Shown in pieces: positions 37,711-47,673 of a stretch of DNA of 64,000 nucleotides. The DNA comes from an uncultured Hungatella sp. (lineage in GTDB: Bacteria > Bacillota > Clostridia > Lachnospirales > Lachnospiraceae). The stretch's first letter is position 1; each line of letters opens with the position of its first letter. Below the pieces are notes generated by a model. That model searched no databases. It was not told where the DNA came from and saw only the letters and a program-made list of their open reading frames with translations. The position numbers and the translations under genes are program-made. The stretch covers positions 2,454 to 66,453 of the forward strand of contig CAJUPP010000010.1 in assembly GCA_910588325.1 (NCBI GenBank), in the 5' to 3' direction.

Positions 37711-37760
37711 AGAAAACGTACCCTCAGTGGACAAGGGGATACCCATGTCCACTGAGGGTA
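37711..37760 (-). terminator. second intrinsic terminator after rny
   Basis: Minus strand TACCCTCAGTGGACA-loop-TGTCCACTGAGGGTA followed by CGTTTTCTT. Confidence 0.55.
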
Positions 37761-37775
37761 ACATATGCAAATAAC

Positions 37776-37807
37776 ATAAAAAAGAGGAGGTCATTCTCAA
37801 CCTCCCC
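37776..37807 (-). terminator. first intrinsic terminator after rny
   Basis: Minus strand GGAGGT-TGAGAATG-ACCTCC followed by TCTTTTTTAT, 20 nt after the rny stop. Confidence 0.6.
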
Positions 37808-37825
37808 TTCTATGTCCTATGTCAC

Positions 37826-39385
37826 TTATTTTGCATAATCAGTAACTCTTGATTCACGAATTACATTAACACGAATCTGTCCCGGATATTCCATGGACTC
37901 TTCAATTTTTTTAGAAATATTTCTTGCCAAAAGAACCATATCATCATCACTAATCTGTTCTGGAACCACCATAACACGGACTTCACGTCCTGCCTGGATT
38001 GCATAAGACTTGTCAACTCCCTTAAAGGAATCCGTAATCTCTTCCAACTGCTTAAGCCTGTTGGTATATGTCTCCAGAGTCTCTCTTCTTGCGCCTGGTC
38101 TTGCAGCGGATATAGCATCCGCCGCCTGCACAATACAGGCAATCAGACTCTCTGGTTCAACATCGCCATGATGGGATTCCACAGCATTTACCACCACTGC
38201 AGATTCCTTATATTTTTTACAAAGCTCTGAGCCTAATTTTACATGCGAGCCTTCTACCTCATGGTCAATGGATTTACCAATGTCATGTAATAAACCGGCA
38301 CGTTTAGCCATGCGGATATCCACGCCGATCTCACCGGCTAAAAGTCCCGATAAATGTGATACTTCAATGGAATGCTTCAAAGCATTCTGTCCATAACTAG
38401 TTCGGAATTTCATTCTTCCAAGAAGCTTTACCAATTCCGGGTGAATTCCATGAATGCCCACTTCCAGTGTGGCAGCCTCGCCTTCTTCCCTCATACTGGC
38501 CTCTACTTCTCTCTGTGCTTTTTCTACCATCTCTTCAATTCTGGCCGGATGAATACGCCCATCTACAACCAGACGTTCCAGGGCGATTCTCGCAACCTCT
38601 CGCCTTACAGGATCAAATCCTGACAAAACTACTGCTTCCGGTGTATCATCGATAATCAACTCCACACCTGTCATTGTCTCCAATGTACGAATATTACGGC
38701 CTTCTCTTCCGATAATCCGGCCTTTCATCTCATCATTTGGAAGCTGAACTACGGATACCGTAGTCTCTGCAACATGATCCGCCGCACATCTCTGGATCGC
38801 GGCAACGATATACTCCTTCGCCTTCTTTTCTGCTTCTTCTTTGGCTCTGGTCTCCATCTCTTTAATCATTCTGGCAGTATCATGTTTCACATCATCTTCC
38901 ACAGACTTCAGCAGATATTCTTTCGCCTGTTCGGAGGTCAGCCCCGAAATTCGTTCCAATTCCTGCTGTCTCTTCCCGCGAAGTTCCTCAGCTTCTGCCA
39001 ATTTCCTGTTCAAGTTGTCTTCACGTGCTGATATACTTGCTTCTCTGCGTTCCAATGTCTCGGACTTCTTGTCCAAATTTTCTTCCTTGCTTAATACTCG
39101 TCGTTCATACCGTTGCAGCTCTGCCCTTCTTTCCTTCGTCTCTTTCTCCAACTCATTCTTGGTTTTCAGGGACTCTTCCTTTGCCTCCAGGAGAGCTTCT
39201 CGCTTCTTTGTCTCTGCGGTCCTTAATGCCTCATCTATTATCTCTCTGGACTTTTCCTCCGCACTGCCGATTTTACTCTCATATGTTTTCTTCCGGTGTG
39301 CGATTGCCAATCCCCAGGTAATAGGCGCCACAATAATTATTGTAAACAATACAGTAATCAATACAGGTATCACTATTGTTGACAC
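37826..39385 (-). CDS. rny: ribonuclease Y
   Basis: N-terminal TM, coiled coil, KH domain ([12 protein letters not shown]) and HD domain (HSIEV..L....A.....[10 protein letters not shown]). GTG start after AAGGAGGTG. Confidence 0.95.
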   Translation of the reverse strand: MSTIVIPVLITVLFTIIIVAPITWGLAIAHRKKTYESKIGSAEEKSREIIDEALRTAETKKREALLEAKEESLKTKNELEKETKERRAELQRYERRVLSKEENLDKKSETLERREASISAREDNLNRKLAEAEELRGKRQQELERISGLTSEQAKEYLLKSVEDDVKHDTARMIKEMETRAKEEAEKKAKEYIVAAIQRCAADHVAETTVSVVQLPNDEMKGRIIGREGRNIRTLETMTGVELIIDDTPEAVVLSGFDPVRREVARIALERLVVDGRIHPARIEEMVEKAQREVEASMREEGEAATLEVGIHGIHPELVKLLGRMKFRTSYGQNALKHSIEVSHLSGLLAGEIGVDIRMAKRAGLLHDIGKSIDHEVEGSHVKLGSELCKKYKESAVVVNAVESHHGDVEPESLIACIVQAADAISAARPGARRETLETYTNRLKQLEEITDSFKGVDKSYAIQAGREVRVMVVPEQISDDDMVLLARNISKKIEESMEYPGQIRVNVIRESRVTDYAK

Positions 39386-39533
39386 AGGAGCACCTCCTTA
39401 TTTAGTTTTCATTGTACACAAATACAACACTTCAATTTTAAACTGTTTTATACATTATGTCAAGTGTCTTGCACAACTCAAACCAGCAAACAGCCACAAA
39501 TCGTAACCGTTCAGACAATGGGGAATCAGCCAT

Positions 39534-40142
39534 TCAGATATCCTCCTGGCTGACTCCCAGGTTCCGGTACACAGCGTCAAAAGAAAACCCTTTTCTTGCC
39601 AATGCTGCTACCAGCTTTGCTTTATCCTTAGGTGTGGTGCTCTCCGGCATATATCCCTTTTTCTGGAGAAAAGCCCTGATCTGTCTATCCTCGCATACCT
39701 CGCAATCCTCCAAAAGTATCCGGATCTGCTCCTGTTTTAATCCTTTCTTAAGCAGATCAAATTCCAGACGTTTCCTGCTTCTCTGATTGCCGTAAGTTTC
39801 AATATACCGTCTCCCAAAGTCCAGATCATCCAGAAAATGGTACTCTGTTAAAAAGTTTATAATCTGATCAACAACCTGCTGAGGATAAAATCCCTCTTTC
39901 AGTTTCTTACGTATCTCATATTCCGTTCTGTCTCTGTCCTTTAAATAATACAGTGCCCGCTCTTTTCCTCGCTTTAAAAGGATCTCCTCTAATATCCGGT
40001 TATACTGTTCTTCGGACAATTCATTGCCTTCTTCTATCTGATATCTCTTTCGTTCTCCTCTATATAGAACGAATACCTGTTCTTCATCCAGAAAAACTTT
40101 GCTTCTTTGCTTATCCAGAGGAACAATGGACGTCACCTGCAC
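39534..40142 (-). CDS. recX: recombination regulator RecX
   Basis: 202 aa of three-helix repeat pattern, located immediately downstream of recA (1-nt spacer). Confidence 0.85.
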   Translation of the reverse strand: MQVTSIVPLDKQRSKVFLDEEQVFVLYRGERKRYQIEEGNELSEEQYNRILEEILLKRGKERALYYLKDRDRTEYEIRKKLKEGFYPQQVVDQIINFLTEYHFLDDLDFGRRYIETYGNQRSRKRLEFDLLKKGLKQEQIRILLEDCEVCEDRQIRAFLQKKGYMPESTTPKDKAKLVAALARKGFSFDAVYRNLGVSQEDI

Positions 40143-40143
40143 T

Positions 40144-41187
40144 TTAAGCTTCTGTCTCCTTCTCCGGTACTGCCGTCTCCGGAAGTTCAGACGGTTTCAG
40201 TCCATAACGCTCCCGCACCTTATTTTCAATCTCCAGACAGACAACCGGATTGTTTCTCAAATAAATCTTGGCATTCTCCCGTCCCTGGCCAATCTTGGCT
40301 CCCTGGTAAGCATACCATGCACCGCTTTTTTCCACAATATTCTCCTTGGCTGCCAGATCCAGGATATCTCCCTCCTTTGAGATTCCCTGGCCAAACATAA
40401 TATCAAATTCCGCCTCTTTAAACGGAGGAGCAATTTTATTCTTCACTACTTTTACACGGACATGGTTTCCTATCACTTCCCCACTCTGCTTCAGGCTGTC
40501 TGTCCTTCTCACATCCATACGAACGGATGCATAGAATTTCAAGGCCCTTCCGCCGGTAGTAGTCTCTGGATTACCAAACATCACGCCAATCTTCTCACGA
40601 ATCTGATTGATAAAGATAACGGTACAGTTGGACTTGCTGATAATTCCTGTCAATTTTCTCAATGCCTGTGACATCAGACGCGCCTGCAGACCTACATGGG
40701 ATTCTCCCATCTCCCCATCAATCTCCGCCTTGGGAACCAATGCCGCTACGGAGTCTACAATCACAATATCCACAGCCCCGGAGCGCACCATGGTCTCGGT
40801 AATCTCCAAAGCCTGCTCTCCGTTATCCGGTTGGGATATGTACAAATTATCAATATCTACCCCTATATTTTTAGCATACACCGGATCCAGGGCATGCTCC
40901 GCATCAATAAAACCGGCAATTCCTCCTCTCTTCTGTACTTCGGCTACCATATGAAGGGCCACCGTAGTCTTACCACTGGACTCCGGGCCATAGATCTCTA
41001 TCACACGCCCCTTTGGAATTCCCCCAAGACCAAGGGCCAAATCCAGCCCCAGAGAGCCTGTCGGAACCGTCTCTATATTCATATTGGCTCCTCTGTCTCC
41101 CAGTTTCATCACGGAACCTTTCCCATATGCTTTCTCAATCTGTGTCAAAGCCGCATCCAGAGCTTTCATCTTATCATCTTTATTCAT
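40144..41187 (-). CDS. recA: recombinase RecA
   Basis: Walker [10 protein letters not shown] and full-length RecA sequence. Likely start is ATG at 41187 after TTGGAGGCAGAC; the track ORF extends to 41208. Confidence 0.97.
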   Translation of the reverse strand: MNKDDKMKALDAALTQIEKAYGKGSVMKLGDRGANMNIETVPTGSLGLDLALGLGGIPKGRVIEIYGPESSGKTTVALHMVAEVQKRGGIAGFIDAEHALDPVYAKNIGVDIDNLYISQPDNGEQALEITETMVRSGAVDIVIVDSVAALVPKAEIDGEMGESHVGLQARLMSQALRKLTGIISKSNCTVIFINQIREKIGVMFGNPETTTGGRALKFYASVRMDVRRTDSLKQSGEVIGNHVRVKVVKNKIAPPFKEAEFDIMFGQGISKEGDILDLAAKENIVEKSGAWYAYQGAKIGQGRENAKIYLRNNPVVCLEIENKVRERYGLKPSELPETAVPEKETEA

Positions 41188-41201
41188 GTCTGCCTCCAAA
41201 C

Positions 41202-41215
41202 AGAACAAATGTTCT
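41202..41215. promoter_or_regulatory. LexA/DinR operator (Cheo box, GAAC-N4-GTTC)
   Basis: AGAACAAATGTTCT palindrome between the predicted -10 and the recA RBS. Confidence 0.6.
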
Positions 41216-41225
41216 TTTTCTATTA

Positions 41226-41254
41226 ATCATAATACACCCATCCAAAAATGTCAA
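41226..41254 (-). promoter_or_regulatory. sigma-A type recA promoter
   Basis: The minus strand reads TTGACA-N17-TATGAT. The LexA box starts ~11 nt downstream of the -10. Confidence 0.5.
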
Positions 41255-41564
41255 CCATATTTCAACTACATTTTCCACGCATATTTTTTCTGTCTACTCC
41301 CACAAATGACATCCCTCCTGTTCCTATTTTCAATCTCTTCTTCTGTGTATTTCGTGAACTTAGGAAGATTTTCCTGTGACCATAACCAGATGAATCTTTC
41401 ATGAACCAGCCAGAACGACTAGGAATACTATAACATATGTCCTGAAAAAAAGAAAGTAAAATTTACAACTATTTGATAAAGTAACCGCATGTTACCGTTC
41501 ACTCCATGACGAATCACTCCGCTGATTCGTCATGAGCCAATACAGTTATGGGACCAAAGCATAA

Positions 41565-41593
41565 GTGCTGCCAAGTGACTTTCTTGGCAGCAC
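41565..41593 (-). terminator. putative terminator after aspS
   Basis: Perfect 11-bp stem GTGCTGCCAAG/CTTGGCAGCAC with a 7-nt loop. The trailing TTATGCTTTGG is only moderately U-rich. Confidence 0.5.
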
Positions 41594-41601
41594 TCTCTCA
41601 T

Positions 41602-43386
41602 TTATTCTCCACGAACCTCAATCCTCAGCTCTTCCAGCTGTTTCGGATCCACCGGTGTTGGCGCCTCTGTCATCAGGCAGGATGCATCTTTCACCTTCGG
41701 GAAGGCAATCACATCACGAATATTATCCGCCCCCACCATAAGCATGGCCACCCTGTCAAACCCATAAGCCAGCCCTGCGTGAGGAGGAACCCCGTACTTA
41801 AATGCCTCCAGCAAAAAGCCAAACTGCTCCTGTGCCTTCTCCGGCGTAAATCCCAGCACCTCAAACATCTTGGACTGAATATCGCTCTGATGAATACGCA
41901 CGGAACCGCCTCCCAGTTCCGTTCCATTCAGAACAATATCATAGGCCTTGGCGCGAACCGCTCCCGGATCACTGTCAATCAGATGCCAGTCTTCTTCCAT
42001 CGGCATGGTAAAAGGATGATGCATGGCCACAAACCGCCCCTGCTCCTCGGAATACTCCAAAAGCGGGAACTCTGTCACCCAAAGGAACTTAAAGTCATCC
42101 TTCTTTAACAAATCCGCCTGCCTTGCCAGTTCCAGACGCAGATTGCCCAGCACATCCCAGACTACCTTGTTCTTATCCGCTGCAAACAGCAGCAGATCTC
42201 CCGGCTTTCCGTCCATGGCCTTCACCAATGCAGCAAGCTGCTCCTCTGTCATAAACTTGGCAAAAGACGATTTGTAAGTGCCATCCTCCAAAACAGCCAG
42301 ATACGCAAGGCCCTTAGCCCCGAATCCTTTGGCAAATTCCACCAGTGCATCAATCTTTTTCCGGGGCATGTTTCCCTTTCCCTCTGCGTTGATGCCGCGG
42401 ACAGAACCGCCATTTTCCAGTGCACCTTTAAACACTGCAAACTCACAGTCCTTCACCACCTGGGAAACATCCTTTAATTCCATTCCGAAACGGAGATCCG
42501 GCTTGTCACTTCCAAAGCGGTTCATTGCTTCTATCCAGGTCATCCTCGGAAGAGGAAGCGGAATCTCAATCCCCAGCAATTCCTTAAATAGTTTGTGAAT
42601 CAGCCTTTCATTGACGTCCAGCACATCCTCCACATCCACAAAAGAAAGTTCCATGTCAATCTGGGTAAACTCCGGCTGTCTGTCTGCCCGCAGGTCCTCA
42701 TCTCTGTAACATCTTGCGATCTGGAAATAGCGGTCATACCCAGAGCACATCAACAGCTGCTTAAACAGCTGAGGAGACTGAGGCAGCGCATAGAAAGTCC
42801 CCGGGTGAACACGGCTGGGAACCAGGTAGTCACGGGCACCTTCCGGAGTACTCTTAATCAAGGTAGGAGTCTCAATCTCCAAAAATCCTTCGTCTGCCAG
42901 AAACTGCCTTGTCAAAATAGCTATCTTGCTGCGAAACATCAGATTCTTTTGAATATCTGGTCTTCTCAAATCCAGGAAACGATATTTTAAGCGCAGCTCT
43001 TCCTTGGTTTTGGAATTCTCCTCAATAGGAAACGGCGGTGTATCCGATTCGGACAGGATTCTAAGGCTTTCAGCCCGCACCTCAATATCACCGGTGACAA
43101 GGTTTTCATTGACGCCTCCCTGACGTTTCTCCACCTTTCCTGTAACAGCAATCACAAATTCACTTCTCAGCTTCTCAGCTTTTGCAAAGCTTTCCCCGCC
43201 ACAGTCACTTTCTTCAAAGATAATTTGCAGAATGCCGGAGCGGTCCCTTAAATCTACAAAAATAATTCCTCCTTTATTTCTGCTTTTCTGTACCCATCCC
43301 ATGACGGTTATGATCTCACCTACATTCTCGGTTCTCACCTCCGTACATCGGTGAGAACGTTTTAGTCCCAACATTGACTCTGACAT
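41602..43386 (-). CDS. aspS: aspartate--tRNA ligase
   Basis: Class II aaRS motifs, OB anticodon domain and GAD insertion. Likely start is ATG at 43386 after GGAGGAGAAAATT; the track ORF extends to 43401. Confidence 0.95.
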   Translation of the reverse strand: MSESMLGLKRSHRCTEVRTENVGEIITVMGWVQKSRNKGGIIFVDLRDRSGILQIIFEESDCGGESFAKAEKLRSEFVIAVTGKVEKRQGGVNENLVTGDIEVRAESLRILSESDTPPFPIEENSKTKEELRLKYRFLDLRRPDIQKNLMFRSKIAILTRQFLADEGFLEIETPTLIKSTPEGARDYLVPSRVHPGTFYALPQSPQLFKQLLMCSGYDRYFQIARCYRDEDLRADRQPEFTQIDMELSFVDVEDVLDVNERLIHKLFKELLGIEIPLPLPRMTWIEAMNRFGSDKPDLRFGMELKDVSQVVKDCEFAVFKGALENGGSVRGINAEGKGNMPRKKIDALVEFAKGFGAKGLAYLAVLEDGTYKSSFAKFMTEEQLAALVKAMDGKPGDLLLFAADKNKVVWDVLGNLRLELARQADLLKKDDFKFLWVTEFPLLEYSEEQGRFVAMHHPFTMPMEEDWHLIDSDPGAVRAKAYDIVLNGTELGGGSVRIHQSDIQSKMFEVLGFTPEKAQEQFGFLLEAFKYGVPPHAGLAYGFDRVAMLMVGADNIRDVIAFPKVKDASCLMTEAPTPVDPKQLEELRIEVRGE

Positions 43387-43441
43387 AATTTTCTCCTCCA
43401 TTTGTTCTGTGCATATACTCCCGAAAACCTGTTACACGATG

Positions 43442-44704
43442 TCACTTCCATTCTTCTTTGTAAAATTCTACAAACTCCCCATATCCTTCTTTCCCCAGCT
43501 GTTCCTTCTGGAACTTCTTATTCTTATTCATCTGGGATACCAAAACCTCTACTCCATTTTTCCGCTCTTCCATAGCCTGCTTCATAATCTGACACAATCT
43601 TTCAGAATCCAGACCCTTTTCCAGAAGATATGCCTTTTTGGGATTCTCACTCTTTACACTGTCTCCCCGATCCAGCAAAATGGTAACAATCCGCTCAAAT
43701 CCGATGGAAAATCCACAGGCCGGTGTGTCTACGCCTGTAAATTTGCCGATCATTTTATCATAACGCCCTCCGCCTGCCACAGAACCGCCAAAGCCCTCCA
43801 TGGATACTTCAAAAATGGTGCCTGTGTAGTAAGACATTCCGCGCACCAGAGTAGGATCAAAACTCAGCTGAAATTCTGTCTCTGCCACATTGGCTACGGT
43901 TTCCATGATAAATGCCAGGTTGTCCGTCACCTCTTTCGCAAGAACCTTCTCCAGCTTGTCCCCTAATTCCCTGACACCTGCTGCATCCTTTTTCACACTG
44001 GACATCAGTTCCAGATACTGGTCCACCCCTTTTTCATCATATCCATTCTCCAGAAGCTCTGCCTTTACTCCTTCGCTTCCAATCTTATCCATCTTATCCA
44101 GGGTAATGAATACCTGGTCTAAAGATTCCTCAGGAAAACCGCAGTACAATGCCATTCCTCTCAAAATTCCTCTGTCATTGATCCTCACGGTAAATGCATT
44201 GTCAGGGCATATTTTTCCAAGAGCCGTGGTAGTAGCCAGAATCAACTCAATTTCCGCCATACAGCTGGAATCCCCTAAAATGTCAATATCACACTGAGTA
44301 AACTGGCGGAAACGTCCCTTTTGGGGACGATCCGCACGCCACACACTGCCCATCTGCAAAGCCTTAAAAGGGCTGGGAAGCTGGGCCGAATTGCCGGAAT
44401 AATACCGGGCCAGAGGAACCGTCAGGTCATAGCGCAGACCGCTGTCCACCAAATCATTTTCCTCATTAGCCGTCTCCAGATTCAGCTTTTCTCCCCGTTT
44501 TAGAATCTTAAAAATCAGTTTCTCATTATCTCCCCCTTGCTTGCTGGTCAGATTTTCAATATGTTCCACACAAGGGGTCTCTATCTGGGAAAAACCAAAA
44601 CCATTGTACGTCTCTTTAATCTGATTCATCACAAAATTACGAATCTGCATCTCCCCGGGCAAGATATCTCTCATTCCGGTTACTGGTTTTTTCTTTAATG
44701 CCAT
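43442..44704 (-). CDS. hisS: histidine--tRNA ligase
   Basis: 420 aa. HisRS motifs (GMRDILP N-terminus, RYDLTVPLARY, GGGRYD). Confidence 0.95.
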   Translation of the reverse strand: MALKKKPVTGMRDILPGEMQIRNFVMNQIKETYNGFGFSQIETPCVEHIENLTSKQGGDNEKLIFKILKRGEKLNLETANEENDLVDSGLRYDLTVPLARYYSGNSAQLPSPFKALQMGSVWRADRPQKGRFRQFTQCDIDILGDSSCMAEIELILATTTALGKICPDNAFTVRINDRGILRGMALYCGFPEESLDQVFITLDKMDKIGSEGVKAELLENGYDEKGVDQYLELMSSVKKDAAGVRELGDKLEKVLAKEVTDNLAFIMETVANVAETEFQLSFDPTLVRGMSYYTGTIFEVSMEGFGGSVAGGGRYDKMIGKFTGVDTPACGFSIGFERIVTILLDRGDSVKSENPKKAYLLEKGLDSERLCQIMKQAMEERKNGVEVLVSQMNKNKKFQKEQLGKEGYGEFVEFYKEEWK

Positions 44705-44732
44705 ATCTTACGTCTCCATTTCATTTTTTACG

Positions 44733-44761
44733 ATTATACTAGCTTTCTATCAAATCCTCAA
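44733..44761 (-). promoter_or_regulatory. candidate hisS-aspS promoter embedded in the 3' end of the GH28 gene
   Basis: The minus strand reads TTGAGG-N17-TATAAT. The TATAAT directly abuts the GH28 stop codon, giving a leader of only ~25 nt. Confidence 0.35.
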
Positions 44762-46307
44762 TATGTTCCGTAATTATTTTTTCGCCTTCCTGTCCCTCGA
44801 TGGTCACATGATCCAGTATCAGCGTTTTAACATTGCCCGCAAAAATCCCCATACGGCTCACACATTGTACACCGTCCAGCATGGCCGGCTCTCCTGACAT
44901 AGCATGTTCTGCATAGGAAATCTGCACATTCTTCATCTCCACACACTCTATCTTTCGCTCTGGAAGACCATACAGATAAGCCGCTGCCACATGACAGTTC
45001 TCCGCCTGAATGTCGGAAAATATCAAGGTTTTAATAGAAGGAGTTCTGTCATCTACCAAAAGTGCTTCCTTCGATGCCACATATTCCGTGTGCCCGTCCG
45101 GGTCGCAATAGTAAAAGCTGTTAATCACAAAAGGAGTCATCACATGGTTCATGCGGATCCGCTCAAACAGTATCCCGTCTATCACTCCGTCTTTCCCACG
45201 TCCCCGCCGGGTTTTAATCCGCAGCCCTCTGTCCGTATAGAGAAATTTACAATCCTTTACAATCAGATTGCACACCCCTCCTGCCATCTCGCTTCCGATG
45301 GTGATGGAACCATGACCGTCTCTCATACAACACTGGCGGATCACAATATCTTTGGACGGCGTTTTATATTTGGAACCCATATAGATCTTTCCTGATTTCA
45401 CGGCAATGCAGTCATCTCCCACGGAAAAATACACTCCCGCAATCTCCACGTCCTGGCAGGATTCCGGATCCAGCCCGTCCGTGTTGGGAGAATCCTTGGG
45501 ATTCAATACTTTCAAATCAATGAATTTCAGGTGATCTGAGAAATAAGGGTGAATATTCCAGCTGGGGCTGTTCTGTACCTGAATTCCTTGAACCGCCACA
45601 TTCTGACAGCGATTTAGGAAAATCATCCTGGGCCGGTATGCCCCTCTCTTCTCCTTCGGTCGGTACCACCAGTTATCCGAGCCGGCGTTTCCATCCAGTA
45701 CCCCCTGCCCGTATATCTCCACGTTCTCCACACCAATACCTGTAATGATGGAGCTGAAACAATCATCCGGATTCCCTTCCCATGTTCCCAGATTATATTC
45801 ATCCTTCCCATCATTACTTTGTATCATACCTCTTAAAATCGGAAACCTGCTTCTGTCTGTTTCAGCCGACAGCACTGCCCCTTTGGACAGTTCCAGACGA
45901 AGGCCGCTTTTTAAAAACAGACTGGTAATTTTATAGGTTCCCTCAGGAATCAGCACACGGCTTTCTTTGGGGCAGCTTAAGATCGCTGCCTGAATAAAGG
46001 ACGTATCATCCTGAATTCCATCGCCTCTGGCCCCGAAATCTTTGACATTCAGGGTTAGAAATTCATTTGAAGTGTGAAGTTTTATCTCGGCCTTATAAGA
46101 TTCCCCTTCCGCCCCAATCACATAATCCGTGTCCGGTTCCAATTCATAAACGCTGAAAATCACATTCTTAGCGGTTCCATAGAACCTTCCGTTAACAAAT
46201 ATTTTTTTCTCATGCTCTGATTCATAGATGCTTCCATCATCAAGCTCCAATGCCACACAGCGGGCAGTCTTAAAAATCGCCTTCATCTCCATATGCATGT
46301 TCTCCAC
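44739..46307 (-). CDS. glycoside hydrolase family 28 (polygalacturonase/exo-poly-alpha-galacturonosidase-like)
   Basis: GH28 motifs NTDGLDP, GDDCIAVKSG, DGHGSITIGSE and RIKT, with a parallel beta-helix repeat pattern. Confidence 0.85.
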   Translation of the reverse strand: MENMHMEMKAIFKTARCVALELDDGSIYESEHEKKIFVNGRFYGTAKNVIFSVYELEPDTDYVIGAEGESYKAEIKLHTSNEFLTLNVKDFGARGDGIQDDTSFIQAAILSCPKESRVLIPEGTYKITSLFLKSGLRLELSKGAVLSAETDRSRFPILRGMIQSNDGKDEYNLGTWEGNPDDCFSSIITGIGVENVEIYGQGVLDGNAGSDNWWYRPKEKRGAYRPRMIFLNRCQNVAVQGIQVQNSPSWNIHPYFSDHLKFIDLKVLNPKDSPNTDGLDPESCQDVEIAGVYFSVGDDCIAVKSGKIYMGSKYKTPSKDIVIRQCCMRDGHGSITIGSEMAGGVCNLIVKDCKFLYTDRGLRIKTRRGRGKDGVIDGILFERIRMNHVMTPFVINSFYYCDPDGHTEYVASKEALLVDDRTPSIKTLIFSDIQAENCHVAAAYLYGLPERKIECVEMKNVQISYAEHAMSGEPAMLDGVQCVSRMGIFAGNVKTLILDHVTIEGQEGEKIITEHIEDLIES

Positions 46308-46489
46308 GTTTTCACGATATATCGGTTATTTCCACCCATTGTACCATCAACCTTTCTATCCTTCAACCACCAAGTTACCATTTGTCTTCCACACGGTTCC
46401 AATTCCTCAGACTTTATGCTACAATGTGTATAAAAGCAATGAACAGCGCTAACTCCAAAATTCTCAAAGAAAAGGTAGGTATACACATT

Positions 46490-47623
46490 ATGGAAATACT
46501 GGACCGCTATATTGACCAGCTTCTGGAAAAAAGCAGCCCTCAGGCTCCTGTCTGGAACATTGAAAAGATAAAACAGGGGGAAAAACCTTCATGGAACTAT
46601 ATTGACGGTTGTATGATTAAAGCTGTCCTGGAATTATATCACATCAAAAAAGACCCCCGCTATCTGGAATTTGCCGATCATTTTATCGATTATTTTGTAA
46701 AGAAAGACGGCTCCATCACTTCCTATGATCCTCTGGAATACAATCTGGACAATGTAAATGCCGGCAAAACTTTGTTTGAACTGTATCCTCTGACCGGTCG
46801 TGAAAAATACCGCAAAGCTATGGATACCATATATGGGCAGCTAAAAGGCCAGCCCCGCACCTCTGCCGGAAACTTCTGGCACAAGCTGATTTATCCCCAT
46901 CAAATATGGCTGGACGGTTTGTATATGGCCCAGCCTTTCTACATGCAGTATGAACTTACATATAACCAGGGAAAAAACTGCAGCGACAGCTACCAGCAGT
47001 TCCTCAATGTATATAAACTTATGAGAGATACCAGAAACGGTCTTTACTATCATGCCTACGACGATTCCAGAGAATCCTTCTGGTGTGACAAAGTGACAGG
47101 CTTGTCCGCCAATTTCTGGCTGAGGGCTTTAGGCTGGTATGCCATGGCTTTGATTGATACCGTAGAGATTATGCCGGATACCATGGCTGAGGAAAAAGCG
47201 GAACTTTCCAGAATTTATCATGAACTCATTGATTCTATGCTTCCTTATCAGGATAAAGAGACTGGTATGTGGTATCAGGTAGTAAACCGGGGCGGTATCT
47301 CCCCCAATTATCTGGAAACCTCTGGTTCCGCCATCTACGCTTATGCTATCATGAAGAGCGTCCGGTTGGGGCTTCTGGATTCTTCCTATTTTATATATGG
47401 AAAGAACGCCTTTGACGGGGTATGTAAAAAGTATCTGTCGGAAAAGGAAGGGCAGCTTCAGCTGGGAGGCATCTGCCTGGTGGCAGGTCTTGGAAATAAG
47501 GAGATGAGAGAAGGCACCTTTGATTACTATATGAGAGAACCGGTTGTACAGAATGATGCGAAAGGTGTGGCACCGCTGATTTTGGCTTATGTAGAAACCT
47601 TGTTTGCCCAAAAGAATCAATAA
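46490..47623 (+). CDS. glycoside hydrolase family 105/88 (unsaturated rhamnogalacturonyl/glucuronyl hydrolase, YteR-like)
   Basis: YteR-type motifs: WNYIDGCM, NLDNVNAGK, FWHK..YP.QIWLDGLYMAQPF. Likely start is ATG at 46490; the track ORF begins at 46382. Extended -10 TGCTACAAT at 46417-46425. Confidence 0.85.
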   Translation: MEILDRYIDQLLEKSSPQAPVWNIEKIKQGEKPSWNYIDGCMIKAVLELYHIKKDPRYLEFADHFIDYFVKKDGSITSYDPLEYNLDNVNAGKTLFELYPLTGREKYRKAMDTIYGQLKGQPRTSAGNFWHKLIYPHQIWLDGLYMAQPFYMQYELTYNQGKNCSDSYQQFLNVYKLMRDTRNGLYYHAYDDSRESFWCDKVTGLSANFWLRALGWYAMALIDTVEIMPDTMAEEKAELSRIYHELIDSMLPYQDKETGMWYQVVNRGGISPNYLETSGSAIYAYAIMKSVRLGLLDSSYFIYGKNAFDGVCKKYLSEKEGQLQLGGICLVAGLGNKEMREGTFDYYMREPVVQNDAKGVAPLILAYVETLFAQKNQ

Positions 47624-47673
47624 AAACCGTCTCAAAACAAACGGTCTGCAATTAAGGGGGCTGACTGCCCCCT
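47624..47673. terminator. convergent terminator region (two hairpins) between GH105 and hemZ
   Basis: ACCGT..ACGGT hairpin followed by TTTTTAT on the minus strand, plus AGGGGGC-TGACT-GCCCCCT overlapping the hemZ stop. Confidence 0.45.

Noticed and set aside
41290-41420. 46-codon minus-strand ORF (MKDSSGYGHRKIF...) in the aspS-recA spacer.
   Set aside because: No Shine-Dalgarno sequence, no recognisable motif, and it overlaps the predicted recA promoter region.
46440-46453. cre (CcpA) site-like sequence TGAACAGCGCTAAC upstream of the GH105 gene.
   Set aside because: Only the central GCGC and a few flanking bases match the TGWAANCGNTNWCA consensus, and the half-sites are poorly symmetric. Too weak to call without a scoring matrix.
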